Source: Chrysomallon squamiferum
Lineage: Eukaryota; Animalia; Mollusca
Length of the DNA stretch: 64,000 nt
Direction of reading: 5' to 3'
NCBI GenBank assembly: GCA_012295275.1
Contig: CM022674.1
Coordinates: 10,106,001 to 10,170,000 of the forward strand
Shown: piece after piece, positions 1 through 22,927 of the stretch
Numbering within the stretch: the stretch's first letter is position 1
How the letters are laid out: each line of letters begins with the position of its first letter
Translations under genes and position numbers: made by a program
Notes under the pieces: generated by a model
The model's input: only the letters and a program-made list of their open reading frames with translations
The model's database searches: none
Told to the model about the DNA's origin: nothing

Positions 1-527
1 GATTTTACAATTTAAATAGATAAAAATATAATACAGAGGATGCAGAGTGTGGTACAGATATTCGATAAGACGGTTCCTAATCTTTGACAGAAAAGGTCAA
101 AAAGCATTACGTGAAGTTATACATATGAAATATTCTCTAAGTTATAATGATAATCATAATCAGATAATGTGTACTAAAAACATCACAACTCCAAAAGTTT
201 GAAAACTCCGGAGGCTTTCAGGGCAATTCGGTGCACTCCGGTGCGTCAGTCAGTCACACCGGATAAAATATATCGATGTAGATAATCTTTAAACATAATA
301 ACTTAATCAGCTGACCGAGTTGTTCAATACTTATACTGACAATACGGTGAATACCAATACTGCAATAGAATAGTCACTTCCCACTTTTTGTTGGCATGTA
401 AAGGTTATTATCCGACTCCTTTTTAATGTGGAATTGTCATTTGGCAATCTGTTTTATAACTAGAGGCTTACATTATCTGTATTGTTCAATTTAAAAGTTT
501 TTGATAGATAATCAAATGGTTACGCAC

Positions 528-581
528 ACCACTGTCTTCTTGGTCTTCCCAACTGTCAAGAACGTCACATTCGTCCGCCAT
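528..581 (-). CDS. SZRD1: SUZ RNA-binding domain protein 1, first coding exon; the gene continues off the left edge
   Basis: ATG at 581 gives MADECDVLDSWEDQEDSG, then a phase-0 GTGCGT donor. This matches the recalled human SZRD1 exon 1 (MEDEEVAESWEEAADSG), including the intron position. No downstream exon lies in the window. Confidence 0.75.
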
Positions 582-620
582 TGCTGCACCAATTCTCTAC
601 TTCCGTTGCGTCATAAATTA
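570..620 (-). promoter_or_regulatory. Proximal promoter of the SZRD1/TTC36 head-to-head pair
   Basis: CpG-containing patch in AT-rich DNA. On the minus strand TGACGCAA (CRE/ATF-like) abuts CGGAAGT (ETS), and a YY1-like ATGGCGG overlaps the start codon. Confidence 0.5.
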
Positions 621-918
621 ACGGTTTCACCTACATGAAAATAGTAAATAATTAAAAGCATATAAAATGATGTGTGATATCTTTTCTGAAGTAATTGTAA
701 ATAATACATTTATCTTTCTATTTCAAGCTGACTGAAATAAATAAATGATATGTAAAAACTAGTTATACTTGCCTACAGCTTAAATAAATTGCAACACATA
801 TAAAACGACAAAGGATTTCGATGAATAATATATAATAAATGTAAATTTTAATTTATAAGAAACTGATTTTATTTTTTAATTATATGCAATTTGTCTGTAT
901 AAATATTATTATAGATCG

Positions 919-956
<38 letters not shown>

Positions 957-1231
957 ACACCCATACACGTATGTATGTACTACTGATTATCATTATCATT
1001 ATGTAGTATGTATCATTGTACGTATGTAATATAATAAATATTTGATTTTACTTCTTTCTTTTTACTTCTTAAAAAAAAAAATTCGTGTTTTATTTAATAA
1101 TTAATCTACAAATATAACTATAAATAATTGGTCTATATATATTATGCAGTGATACATTTAAAAGCAGTCGAATCCTATTCCAGCATCTTTCAAAAGATAT
1201 TTTTAATGAAAAGAAGAAAAAGGAAAAAAAA

Positions 1232-3923
1232 ATGTCAGAACCGAAACAGGCTAAAATTGAAGGACATTCGTCAGTATCACAACGCGATAAAGCTATTTTA
1301 AATCAGTTGTTTAATCCTAATTTGCCATACGGAGACGTTGACGACGAATGCGTTGAAACAGGAGAAGGTCAGGTTACTTAACCTTTTTACTCACCGATTA
1401 CAAATTTAATTGTATACAACACTAATATAGTATTATATTATATATACTATATAGTAATACTACAGTCAACACTCCAGTGTTAAAAGTGTACACGTTCATT
1501 GATTTAATCCGTTACTCTTCACTGTCTAAGTCTTCAGTTCAGCAGTTTAGATTCAGCACATAAATATGATGATATTTCATAATAATTCTTAAAATTAAAT
1601 AATCAAATAACAGGCAAGTAGTTTAAATACATTTAAAACATTATGTGAAAAACAGTAATTTTATATATGACCTAAATATCACTGCTTCAGTCCTTGTGTT
1701 GGACTACTTAGTGTCTTTAATCGCTGTTAATAAGGCAAGTAATTTTACCACCTACTATGATTAAATATTCTGGTACAGTATACTGCCTTTTATAAAATAT
1801 CATATTTAACTGTATAATTTTAGATAATGGAGAAACTGAGGAACAGAAACATGCCAAAGCAATAGAAGTGCAAGGGGTGCGGGCTGCTGAGAGTGGAGAC
1901 ATTCAGACTGCCATTGATCTGTTCAACAAAGCCATTACTGTAGCTCCAGACTGGGCGTCTGCTTACAATAACAGGGCACAGGCTTTACGTCTGAAAGGAG
2001 ATGTTGATGGTATAAAACGTGTGTGTGTGTGTGTGAATTATTGAATGCACACATATTACTTAATATGGAATAGTTTAATTATTGTAAATACACATTCCTA
2101 CAGGTCTCTTTATAATTACCACTTTGTTTCTTAATTAAAATGTTACACCTTTGTTTTAATTGTATTTTAATTTCATATGACATCTGCAGTGCTTTATACC
2201 TGTTGAACATGACTAATAAAAATCAAAAATTTGTAATTTCAAATATTTTTTTTTTTAACATTTACATCTACAGATTTTTATTTCTGCTTAATTACAAAAG
2301 TATGATATATATACATATTTTACACACACACCCCCACACACACACACAATGTACATATATACCTATAATTGTTAGGTTTTTGTTTTTTTCTGTTTTATTT
2401 TAATTTTTTATACATATTTAAACTTCACTAGTTTATCATTACCTCTGATAAAATTTAGATTTATCTCAAGGGTATCCAATTTGTTACTTTATTCTGCAAG
2501 AATAAATTTGAAATTACAGGTGCTAATCAGGACTTGGAAAAGGCCATTGAACTTAGCCAGGGTCGAGGAAAAGCAGCATGCCAGGCTCACACACAGAGAG
2601 GATTGATTCGAAGACTTGAAGGTAAGACTAAGATGTCAGGCAGGTTTTTCAGCAAAGTCATAATTTGTTTTATCTTATAATTCTGATCCAGTTTATTAAT
2701 TTTTGACATTAGGTTTTGTTGCATTTCATTATAGTTGGTACTGTGTATAATTTGGAAGTACAAACAGCCCAGTGCTTTATGTTCATTTTAATTACTTTTA
2801 TTCCACTCCTTATTTCTTATACTTCAGGTTATAACTATTGCTGATTGTTTTTCAAATACTATTCCCGTTAATTTTAAAATAAAATAGTGATACAAATACA
2901 GTGGTACTTTGACTTATGAGTTTAATTTGTTCTGTGACCAAGTTTGTATCTCAAATTGCTCATCTATCAAATCAGTTTCCCAACTGAAATTAATTGAAAT
3001 ACCATTAATCCGTTCCAGCCACCCAAAAACCAACCCATTTTGGTTTTTTGGTAACAAAATATACAAATGTAAAGAAATGAACTGGTTTTGTAAAGTGTAT
3101 TTATCTTGGAGATCAGACAAAATATTTTAATGCCTCTGGCTAGTTACAGCCATTATTGACTGCTTCAGCTTCAATATGGTACATATTGTAGAAGTACAAT
3201 GCTTGTACTGCTTAGCCAAGTCAGCTACATGCAAACCTTGCTCATGTTTTTCTATGAATTCAAGCTTTAATTCAATGGACATCATCCGTCCTTCTTCTCA
3301 GCACTGTCCTTTGCCCTCACTTTCTTAGGATCCATGGCAGAAAAAAATAAAAAAAATACTGCACATAACACTAGCACAACACAACAGAGTTGCTTCCATG
3401 GTGATGTTACCACGTGAAGTAATTGAGTGAGATGCAGGATGCTGGCTGGATGTTGTGTTGTTCATTGCGCCAACTAGCAGCTGCGTATCTGAAGCTTGCT
3501 CATAACTCAGATTTTGGCTTGCAGCTCAAAGCAATAAATCGACCGGGCGACTGCTCGTAACTCAAAAAACTCTGTATAGGTACCACTGTATATGAAAATC
3601 ACTCATTTTTATTTTTAAAAAACAAACCAAAAACGATGGTGCAACTGAATTGTGTTACATTTAGTTTTTAACTACGTGTTGATGAATAAGACTAGAGACT
3701 GTCATGGAGGGAATCAAGGTGGCTGAGAAATCTGTCTTATATTTATTTTATATCTTATTTACAATCAGGTGATAATGATGGTGCAGCAGAGGACTTCAAG
3801 ATTGCTGCAAAGCTGGGAAATGAGTTTGCTAAGCAGCAGCTTGTCTTATTGAATCCATATGCTGCTCTGTGCAATCAGATGCTTGGAGAGGTCATACAGA
3901 AATTGAAGAAAGGAGAAATGTAA
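1232..3923 (+). CDS. TTC36: Tetratricopeptide repeat protein 36, 4 exons, about 192 aa
   Basis: Exons 1232-1367, 1824-2009, 2520-2621, 3769-3923; all GT-AG, 579 nt in frame. Motifs: [57 protein letters not shown]. Confidence 0.93.
2899..3588. mobile_element. Non-autonomous Tigger/pogo-like (Tc1-mariner) element in TTC36 intron 3
   Basis: TA|CAGTGGTAC ... GTACCACTG|TA, i.e. a 9-bp terminal inverted repeat with a TA TSD. About 690 bp, more GC-rich than the flanks, no transposase ORF. Confidence 0.8.
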
Positions 3924-6205
3924 ACCAGAATTTCAAGTGGTGAATAAAACAAATCCCAGGCATAACTTTCATAGAAATGAAGGAGAAATTACAGAATTAT
4001 TTCAAACTGCTCAACCTGGACAGTTAACCCATAAAGAAAAATGAGATATTTACATATATACTGTTTTGTTTTATATTAATGTGCTATACAATTTATCTGT
4101 GGAATGTGACTTCATCTGGCAGCTATTTTGAAGTCTGTTAAATAGAAATATTTTTGAAATTATAATTTTTGAATCAATTACATATGTTATCTTGGGGAAA
4201 TATAATAAAGTTATAAAACAGGTTTTATGAACATTGTTATATTTATATGGAAACACTGCTTATAGAAAAGGAATTTAATTTTGATACAGAAAAAAGAACA
4301 TTTATACAGTCATTAAAGGTACAATTCCTGCTTCATTTTCAATATTTAATTAGCTATATGTTAATTAAATAACTATCCCTGGTAAAGTTTTTGAGTGTAT
4401 CCATTCTTCTTACTGGTTTGGGAATTGAGACTTCATACATTTCCTCTGAATTTTTATTATTTCATTCATCAAACGTTTTGAATAGATTTCAAATTACTTT
4501 TGTTTTTGTTTCCTCTACATGTATTTTATTAATGGTTTACTTCTTTATGCCAGGTTATTGGGTGTCACATTTATTCTTACACCAATTACTAATGTGCCAT
4601 CAGAAACGTCAGATATCATGTTTGTTCATGTAGACACATGCTGTATAGAATGTTAGTCGTAAGCTTTACAAAAATATGTGTCCCTTTGAAGCAAAATATT
4701 TTATTATCCATTATTATTTTTTTTTTAAACTCGGCAATACTGGTGCATAGACAATGTATTTAAACCAGTATTTCAATAATTCAAGATGCACTTTAAAAGC
4801 TGTGTTGGAATTTAATTTTTTTGATTTTATATGGTTAAATTACTTTGCAACATCAAGAACCACTTTCCAAATTATAAATTATTTTGATTTTAATACAAAA
4901 AGGATAAATTGTTTTAAAATATATAATTCTAAACCAAATTATAATAAATCTTTTAATATTTTTTTTATTTTCCAGCCTTGTATACTTGACATTATTTTTT
5001 TTATTAAAGTGTCCAGAAAAATCTAATTACAAAGTGGAGAATTATTTGGCAACAGTTGGCATAGTATATTTAAAGACCTATGGTCATTGAAATTGTCATA
5101 ATAAACAGAAATCTAATTTAATTATTTATTCTTGTCTGGATATTTTGTTTTGATAGCATGTGGAATATGTAAAATATAACGAAGATGTTATAAACAAAAA
5201 TGAAAACAAACTAATTATTAACTATGTTAATTAAAGCCATTTATTGGGAAAAGTTCACATCACTAACTAAATTATACAAAATTAATAAATTTAATTTCAA
5301 TTACTCATTGGATAAACAAAAAAAGTTTGAATTAATCACCTTTTTAAGGATTTTAAAGATATTTTTTTCACGTTTTTCTAAGATAAATTTATTAAGAAAA
5401 TTACAATATTCATTAGTTTATGTAAAAAAAAAAAATTGGTATATTAATTAGATAAATACATCCATTACAATAATATTACATAAAATTAGTTTTTAATCGT
5501 TCTTTATCCCTGCATGGCAAAACATCAACTGCTATTTTAAAAGTATTTCCTGAAATTTATTTTCAATGCTGTGGGTTTTACATTTTAAACTATTATTTGA
5601 CTGGCATTTCCTTTTCAATTAACTACTGAACTCAAAATTTTGTATAAAATATGTTTTTTTAATATGTTTAAAGAAAAAGTTGCAGTATTTTCAAATCCAG
5701 CTGGAACCCATATAATTTTAAATCAGAAGTTTCAACTTTTATGCCTGATATAAAAAAATAATTACAAAGTGAGGAATGTTTTTGTGACCGTTCAGTTAAC
5801 TCTTTGCAATACGAATTTTTTTTAAATGTTGAAAAACGCTATTCTAGACAAACATACCTGGATGAAGAGCAAATAGAACTGAATGGAGATAGCGGCTCAC
5901 AACAACCAATGTATTCTACTAACAAAAATAACACAGAATATTTTGAAGATATCTACACAGTCACATACGTGATTGCGCAAATAAATATTACAGAAACAAC
6001 ATTACCAGTATTACAACTACCAACATAATGGTATTTCTGTCATCTGCAGTCTATCATAGAGCAGAGGAAATGAATAAATTCTATGCTTCGTATTTGTATG
6101 TGACTTTCTAATTCTATCATAAATTTAATTCTACTATTGCAACAGTTTTTATTTCTTTAGTGTAACACTTAGACTGTTTTCTATAGCTGAATGGAAATGG
6201 TCTGC

Positions 6206-16366
<10,161 letters not shown>

Positions 16367-17038
16367 TTAGAAAGCAAATAAATCCAGACACAACTGTACA
16401 GATCCATATAGTTTTCTGATTATACTGTTGGTCATTTCCAACATCATATGTAAATTTGGCTTCTGTAAAATGCTTTATTCTGTTTTGTCAGTTCTGTCAA
16501 TATTTCATTACCACTGAACACAGTGAGAACAGTAGATGGTCAATTTAAGCTTTGGTTCTTTTGAATTCAATTAAGTTGCAATGATAATATCTAAACTGAA
16601 AAAACACAAATAAAACACTAAAGTAATCAGTCATAATCTGCAAGTGGAAGAAATTTTTATAATATTGTATGTAAATGTATGCATCATTGTTAATGTTATA
16701 TCATTTATAAGTCAATATGAATATGTGTGTATAATAAATAATAATCTGCATATTAAACAAATATTTGGTAAACATTAGAAATGTATCCCTCTCGGCCTCT
16801 GCGAAGATGAAGGGGCTAATGGATTTAATGCAGTAATTTGCTCTTGCTGTTACTACTACTACTACTAGTACTAGTAAAGTAGTAGTACTAACTGTAAAGT
16901 TTAAGTACCGACTAGAGGATCTATCGCCCTGTGATACAACATCACAAAGCTATTTTACTTTTTTAAACAAAATTAGTCAATTACTGTTGGATATCGTTAT
17001 TATAGTTTTAAAAAAATATGCTTTTACCAATTACTTAC

Positions 17039-17165
17039 TCAAATTAATGAACTAAAGTGGGTGTTTCCTCGCTCATCGTATGCGAAGAATTAACTGGTTA
17101 CAGAAAGATGCGTCGCTCCGACATACAGAATCGATGAAAGTTTAGCAAACGACTAAGTTCTGTAC
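17039..17165 (-). promoter_or_regulatory. AP2M1 promoter and non-coding first exon
   Basis: CpG-rich patch ending in a GA|GTAAGT donor at 17038. A matching acceptor lies at 16339-16341, 5 nt before the ATG. The TSS is approximate. Confidence 0.6.
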
Positions 17166-18248
17166 AAATGCTACTACCACAATTGCAACCTTTGTTATAT
17201 TAAAATATTATAAAATTTTTAACAATTTTTAAGAATATGAATAAACTCGTAATATTTTGTATTTCATGGTCAGTTTGTTATTTTGTATTAATATGTCACA
17301 ACTGTTATTTATTTAATATTTGCATTTATTCATGTATATTATATATTAAATTATAAAAAATAAACACTGATATGCATAATTATTATTTATATGTTTATTA
17401 TTTTTATTTATTATTATTTAATTAAAATTATTTATTTTAATGATTATAAATATAAAATTATATAGGCCTATATGTTTATATAACGGAAATGATGTAATGA
17501 ATTTCATGAAATTTGAATCATTTAAATCAGCAGATGAAATTAATTAAATGATATTTAAAAAGTTACCTTTTTGTATATTACTTAGACATTTGCTGCTTAA
17601 ATAATATATTTACGTGGATCTTGCTTGTAATGTAGTGATATTGTTATTTTGTATAATCTGTATATGGCTGCATGATCATAAGGTAACGTAAAACATCTAT
17701 AATAATAGTAATAATAATAACAATAGTAATAATAATAATAAATATTATTATTGTTGTTGTTGTTATAAAAAAACAGCAACAACAACAGTGGAGAAATAAC
17801 AACAATAATAACCAAAGTATTAACTGCACGAAAAACATTAACGTACCTATCATGTTACACATTTTCTAAATAAATAAGTAAATAAATGGAATTATTTATA
17901 TTTGTTATTGTACAGCATTTAGCAAAATATACTAAATTCCAAAACTTCACATTTGAGATAGATTCTATAGGACTGCTAGTATGTTGCTCAAGTCTGAGTA
18001 GTGGTAACATGTAGGCTATATCAAATATTTTACTTTGTTTTTGGACAATGAAAATAAATGTTAAATGTGTATTATTTACTTTGTGTTAACATCATGTTTT
18101 ACAGAATAATTTATTAAGTAACTAAGTAAGTAATTAAATAAAGACCTGACTAATGGTTTATAAAACAATCTAATTTATTTTTATTTACAATGTCATGTGC
18201 GGCTTTTAGCATGATTCTATTCAGTGAAACTTTTACTTTTCTTCTTCA

Positions 18249-18297
<49 letters not shown>

Positions 18298-19137
18298 GTA
18301 ACAGTATGATATCTGTTTAAATAGATTTTTGATGTGACAAATATTTTCAGCAGTTTAATTACTCTAGGTAAAAGTTATCTTTGCTAACAATGGACTGCAA
18401 CAATAAAATAACATTTAAGAATATTTGACACCAGACATTTTATCATTAATCATGTCATTTCACACAGAAAACAATCCACAATCAGCTGCATCAGTTTGTA
18501 CTTATGAAATGATGTCATTAAGTATATTTTGTGGTGAATGTTTGGGAAGAGGCAATGAAGTTTGGTTGGTGCATATGTCATTTTGTTTGGTGTATTAATG
18601 GGTGCATGTTTATGTCTATATCTTTCTTAGTATCCATATTTTGTGTGGGTGTGTGTGTGTGTGCACATGCTAGTAAACTTCAATCGGCCCTGATTATCCC
18701 AAAGCTCACTCTAAATTAAATAAAGAACGACAAAGTGAGAAGAAATCAAAAAAAGAAAAAAGAAAAGAAAAGCAAAGCAAAAATGTTTTAAATGCAACAA
18801 ACACACAGATAGCGCCTCTAGGTTTGGTCATATTATCAGTGTTAAAAACTAAAACTTTTTGGTTGTTTTTACAGCATTATATTTCAGAGAAAAACTAAAT
18901 AATAATATTAATAATATAATAATAATAATAATAATAATAACAAAACAATAATAATAATATTATTATTATAAACTTTTAGAATATATAATGCTCGTGTGTG
19001 TATATCACTGTATGTGTATTTATTGTACTAGTTTATGACGATGATGATAATGTTAATAATAATTTCATACATATTTATATAAGTAAATAAGAAAGAACGG
19101 AAATTAAATATTATTAAATAAATAAAAATAATAATAA

Positions 19138-19168
<31 letters not shown>

Positions 19169-19374
19169 AAATTAATTAATTAAATAATAAAAGATGTTTT
19201 CCACAGAAAAAAGCAAAAATTATTTTTTAATATTGTAGACAAATTAATTTAGAGCTTTTGTAATGGAAAGAACCTGGATAAAATAATTATAAATGATAAA
19301 TATTAATAGGTTTGGCAGTCCATGCCTTTATCTGAAATACAGTCGATTCTGAAGTTAAAATAAATCCAACAAAA

Positions 19375-19562
19375 ATCCGGTACCGTATTTAAAAATTAAT
19401 CACCTATTATTATTATTTCCCCTTAGTTTCATTACTATCCGCTAGGGCAATTTGCATATAGATTTTGATTGGACAGATGTTGGTATTTATTCTGCAAATG
19501 TAGTTGTTTGCTCCCTCTTCTATTAGTGGTTGAATGATCAAGGTTGCTCGTTTTGTCACTAG
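19375..19562 (+). promoter_or_regulatory. Putative MTHFR promoter and first exon
   Basis: Octamer ATTTGCAT at 19450-19457, inverted CCAAT box (ATTGG) at 19468-19472, and a consensus donor AG|GTAAGT at 19563. The first coding exon is preceded by an acceptor at 20755-20760. Confidence 0.55.
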
Positions 19563-20779
19563 GTAAGTGACAGCAATCAGCTGATATTTCAACTCGGACA
19601 CCCATAAAAAAAAAAAGAGTCAGGCGATATTTTTTTTTTTTAAATTTTTTTTTAAATACTGAAATGATGTAATAAATATTGTTTTATATTCATATTCTTT
19701 TAACTTAATTTATAAAAATGAAATTAAATATATTCAACAACAAAAATATAATTTAAAAAAATATATATATAATAAAAATAAAAGAAAGAAGAAAAAACTA
19801 GTTTAATGCATAAATTGTGAAAAAATTATTTTATATATTAAAATGAAAAAAAAATTATTGTTATTATTATTATTTTTTTTATATATATATTCATTTTATT
19901 TTTATTTTATTATTATTTTTTTGTTGTTATTGATGTCTGATTATACTGTCTGAAATATGTACTTGAAATAACATGAAATGTATTAATATTAATTTTCGAA
20001 TAACTGCAAGGATAGATAATAATTCTGAATTTGAATGAAAACACATAATTAGTTTCTTTAGTATGTAAAAACATATTAAACCTATAATAATGATGGAATT
20101 CCTTACACATTACTAAAAATACTGCTATTGACTGGTACTTGTGAGATTATACTTTTTATAATAAAATGTCAAACGCCACTTTCAGATTCCCAGTAGTGCT
20201 TTATGAATTTTTTAATTAAGGCCTTGTATTTGGTTTTCTGTCCATTTTGATGAACTGATTACCTACTGATAACTGACTTTAAAATTACTTTATATAATTT
20301 TAAATGCTACAGACAAAATTTTTTTTTTAAATTTTATATTAGAGTTAATACTGATAATATTACCAAAGAAAAATACTACTTCTGCATTGTACAATAATTA
20401 TTAAATCAGTTCTAATTAATTAACTGTTGCAGACTAGCCCAATTTTTTTTTTCTTTTGACCGTGAGCATGATGGCTTGCAGAACACTCCAACTCCAGAGC
20501 AATTTTCCATTCAAACCAGTTATCCAACAAATAGTTTATAAAAGGCCATGGTATATATTTTTCTGTTTACAAGAAAGAACTTAAATAACTTACTGGTTAC
20601 CCAGTAAGAACATTGCTTGAGTGAAGACTGTGAGTTTGTGTTTGTTTTTGATTATTTTATGTTTTGCAAATAAAAAACAAAATTCTGTTCAGTTTGTTTA
20701 ATTGTGTTATTTAAAAAAAATTCTTTTAAAGAATGTTGCTTTTTAATTTTTTTTAGCTAGTGGAATTGAACCAAACACT

Positions 20780-21374
20780 ATGCCAGAAATAAAAAATGAT
20801 GAAAATGAGCAAGTTAGATGTAATGGGAACCAAAAATCAGAGCATGTGTCAGCAACATCAAGCAAGAATTTCTCATCCAAAACACTTAGGCTCAGTGATT
20901 CACCAGTCCACTGCAGTCCACACTATCACCGCCTAATTGACCGCATCAATCGAAGATATGCATCTGGAGAGAAATTCTTCTCTTTTGAATACTTTCCACC
21001 ACGAACAGCAAATGGAGCTGTAAATTTAATAGCAATGTATTTATGAATATTTTAAACATTTGGTTGGCTTAGAAATTGATCTTCCGTTTCTTTTGAAAAA
21101 ACACTTTACATTTAAAGCTCATCTTTGGTCTTTATTGAATAGCATTATTAAATACAGAATTCACACTCACTCTCTCTCTCACATACACAACACACATATT
21201 ATAAGCATATTTGGGTATGCATTTAAGTATGTATTTATGTATATATGTATATGTATGTCCATTTGTGTGCGTGTGTGGGTGTGATTTTTTATGTATGTAA
21301 ATGTATATAAATGTATATATGTGTGTGTATGTATGTGTGTGTATGTATCTGTGTGTGTGTGTGTATTATATGTA

Positions 21375-21407
<33 letters not shown>

Positions 21408-21410
21408 CTT

Positions 21411-21457
<47 letters not shown>

Positions 21458-22896
21458 CTATGTATATTTATACGTGTGTGTGTGTGTTAGGATTTAAATA
21501 TTCTGTCTTGTGTATGTCTGATTGGACTCTGCAGATAGACAATATTTATAAATGCACTGCCACAGGAGGACAAAGTCCAAAATAATTGTAGCTATATTCT
21601 TTTTCCTATTTTCAGAATGGAGAGGATGTCCCAAGGAAAACCACTGTTTTGTGATATTACTTGGCACCCAGCAGGAGACCCAGAGAGTACAGAGAAACCT
21701 ACAAGTTCAATGTGCATTGCAGGAACAGTGCTTAACTATGTTGGCATTGAAACTATGCTGCATATGACTTGCTGTAACCAAACTAAAGAAACTGTGAAAT
21801 CTAACTTGAAAAAAGCTAAAGATCTTGGTATCAGAAACATTCTGGCACTGCGGGGAGGTCAGTATTAATTCTGTCACTTATCTCAAGTGGTTTTTTTTCT
21901 GCCATCAGATTTAATACTGAACATTAGCAAACTATTTTAAGCATTGTTTTATTAGCTTGTTTTTTATATATATATATATCATTTATTATTTATCAGCTTT
22001 GAAATACTTTCACGTAGGGAGAAGATGTCCCCAGTACTCACATAAGATACCCTGCTGCCTGTCAGTAAGAGTAGTGTGAGAAGTAGTAACAATGGTTTCC
22101 TCTCTCCATCATTAACAGGTTAAGACATTTACATATTATTAAATATAACTAACAATGTAATAATCTGAGCTGAACAGATGTCTGCTGTGATCTGATTTAG
22201 AATCTGTTAAAATGAATTTAGTTACAGTGATTTGGCTCATGGTTGCTTTTATTATTTTTAATTCTAATTTAATTTAGTCTGATTTATTTCTGATATAAAT
22301 TGATTTCAGATATACCAGTTGATGAAAAAGAATGGAAAGTAGTTGAAGGAGGTCTAAACTATGCTGTAGATCTTGTTCGACTTATTCGTGAAGAATATGG
22401 CAAACATTTTGTTATCTGTGTTGCAGGTTAATTCATATTTTATGATATTTGAAACAATTGTTCCAAGTACAATTTTAAAATGTGTTTTATCTAACATTAA
22501 GACTGTGATCTTTTTAAATTTTACATTATTTCCCTTGATATTAAATATCACTGATTTAATCATTATTCTGCTAATGCAGAAGCAGTATTTTTCTTCATGA
22601 ATATTAATTAATTAAAATAATAATAATAATAATAATTTTTACAGGTAGCATTTTCAAATTAAGAATATAGAACTTTTTAAAAAAGGGACTGATTAATTCA
22701 TTCAGTCTTAATGGAAGATATTAGCATTAAATTAATGTAATAATATGAAAGTAATAGAACAATGTTTAAGAAGAATGCTTTCAGTGTAAATCAAACATTT
22801 AAAGGATACAAAAGTATGATTTAATTTAATTCACAAACATACTCAACCACTCATTCTGTCTGTTTTTGTCTCAGACAAACACACACACACACACAT

Positions 22897-22927
<31 letters not shown>

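Noticed and set aside
16778-16895. Possible H/ACA snoRNA in the AP2M1 5'-UTR intron (AGAGCA box, GC-rich hairpin, ACA)
   Set aside because: The 3' stem starts too far from the H box, and the 5' hairpin would be a (TAC)/(GTA) microsatellite palindrome.
21060-21585. ORFs rich in VCVC/HTHT, and similar ones at 17597-17862, 29328-30686, 30859-31324, 35018-35335 and 36308-36514
   Set aside because: These are translations of microsatellites and homopolymer runs in introns or intergenic DNA.
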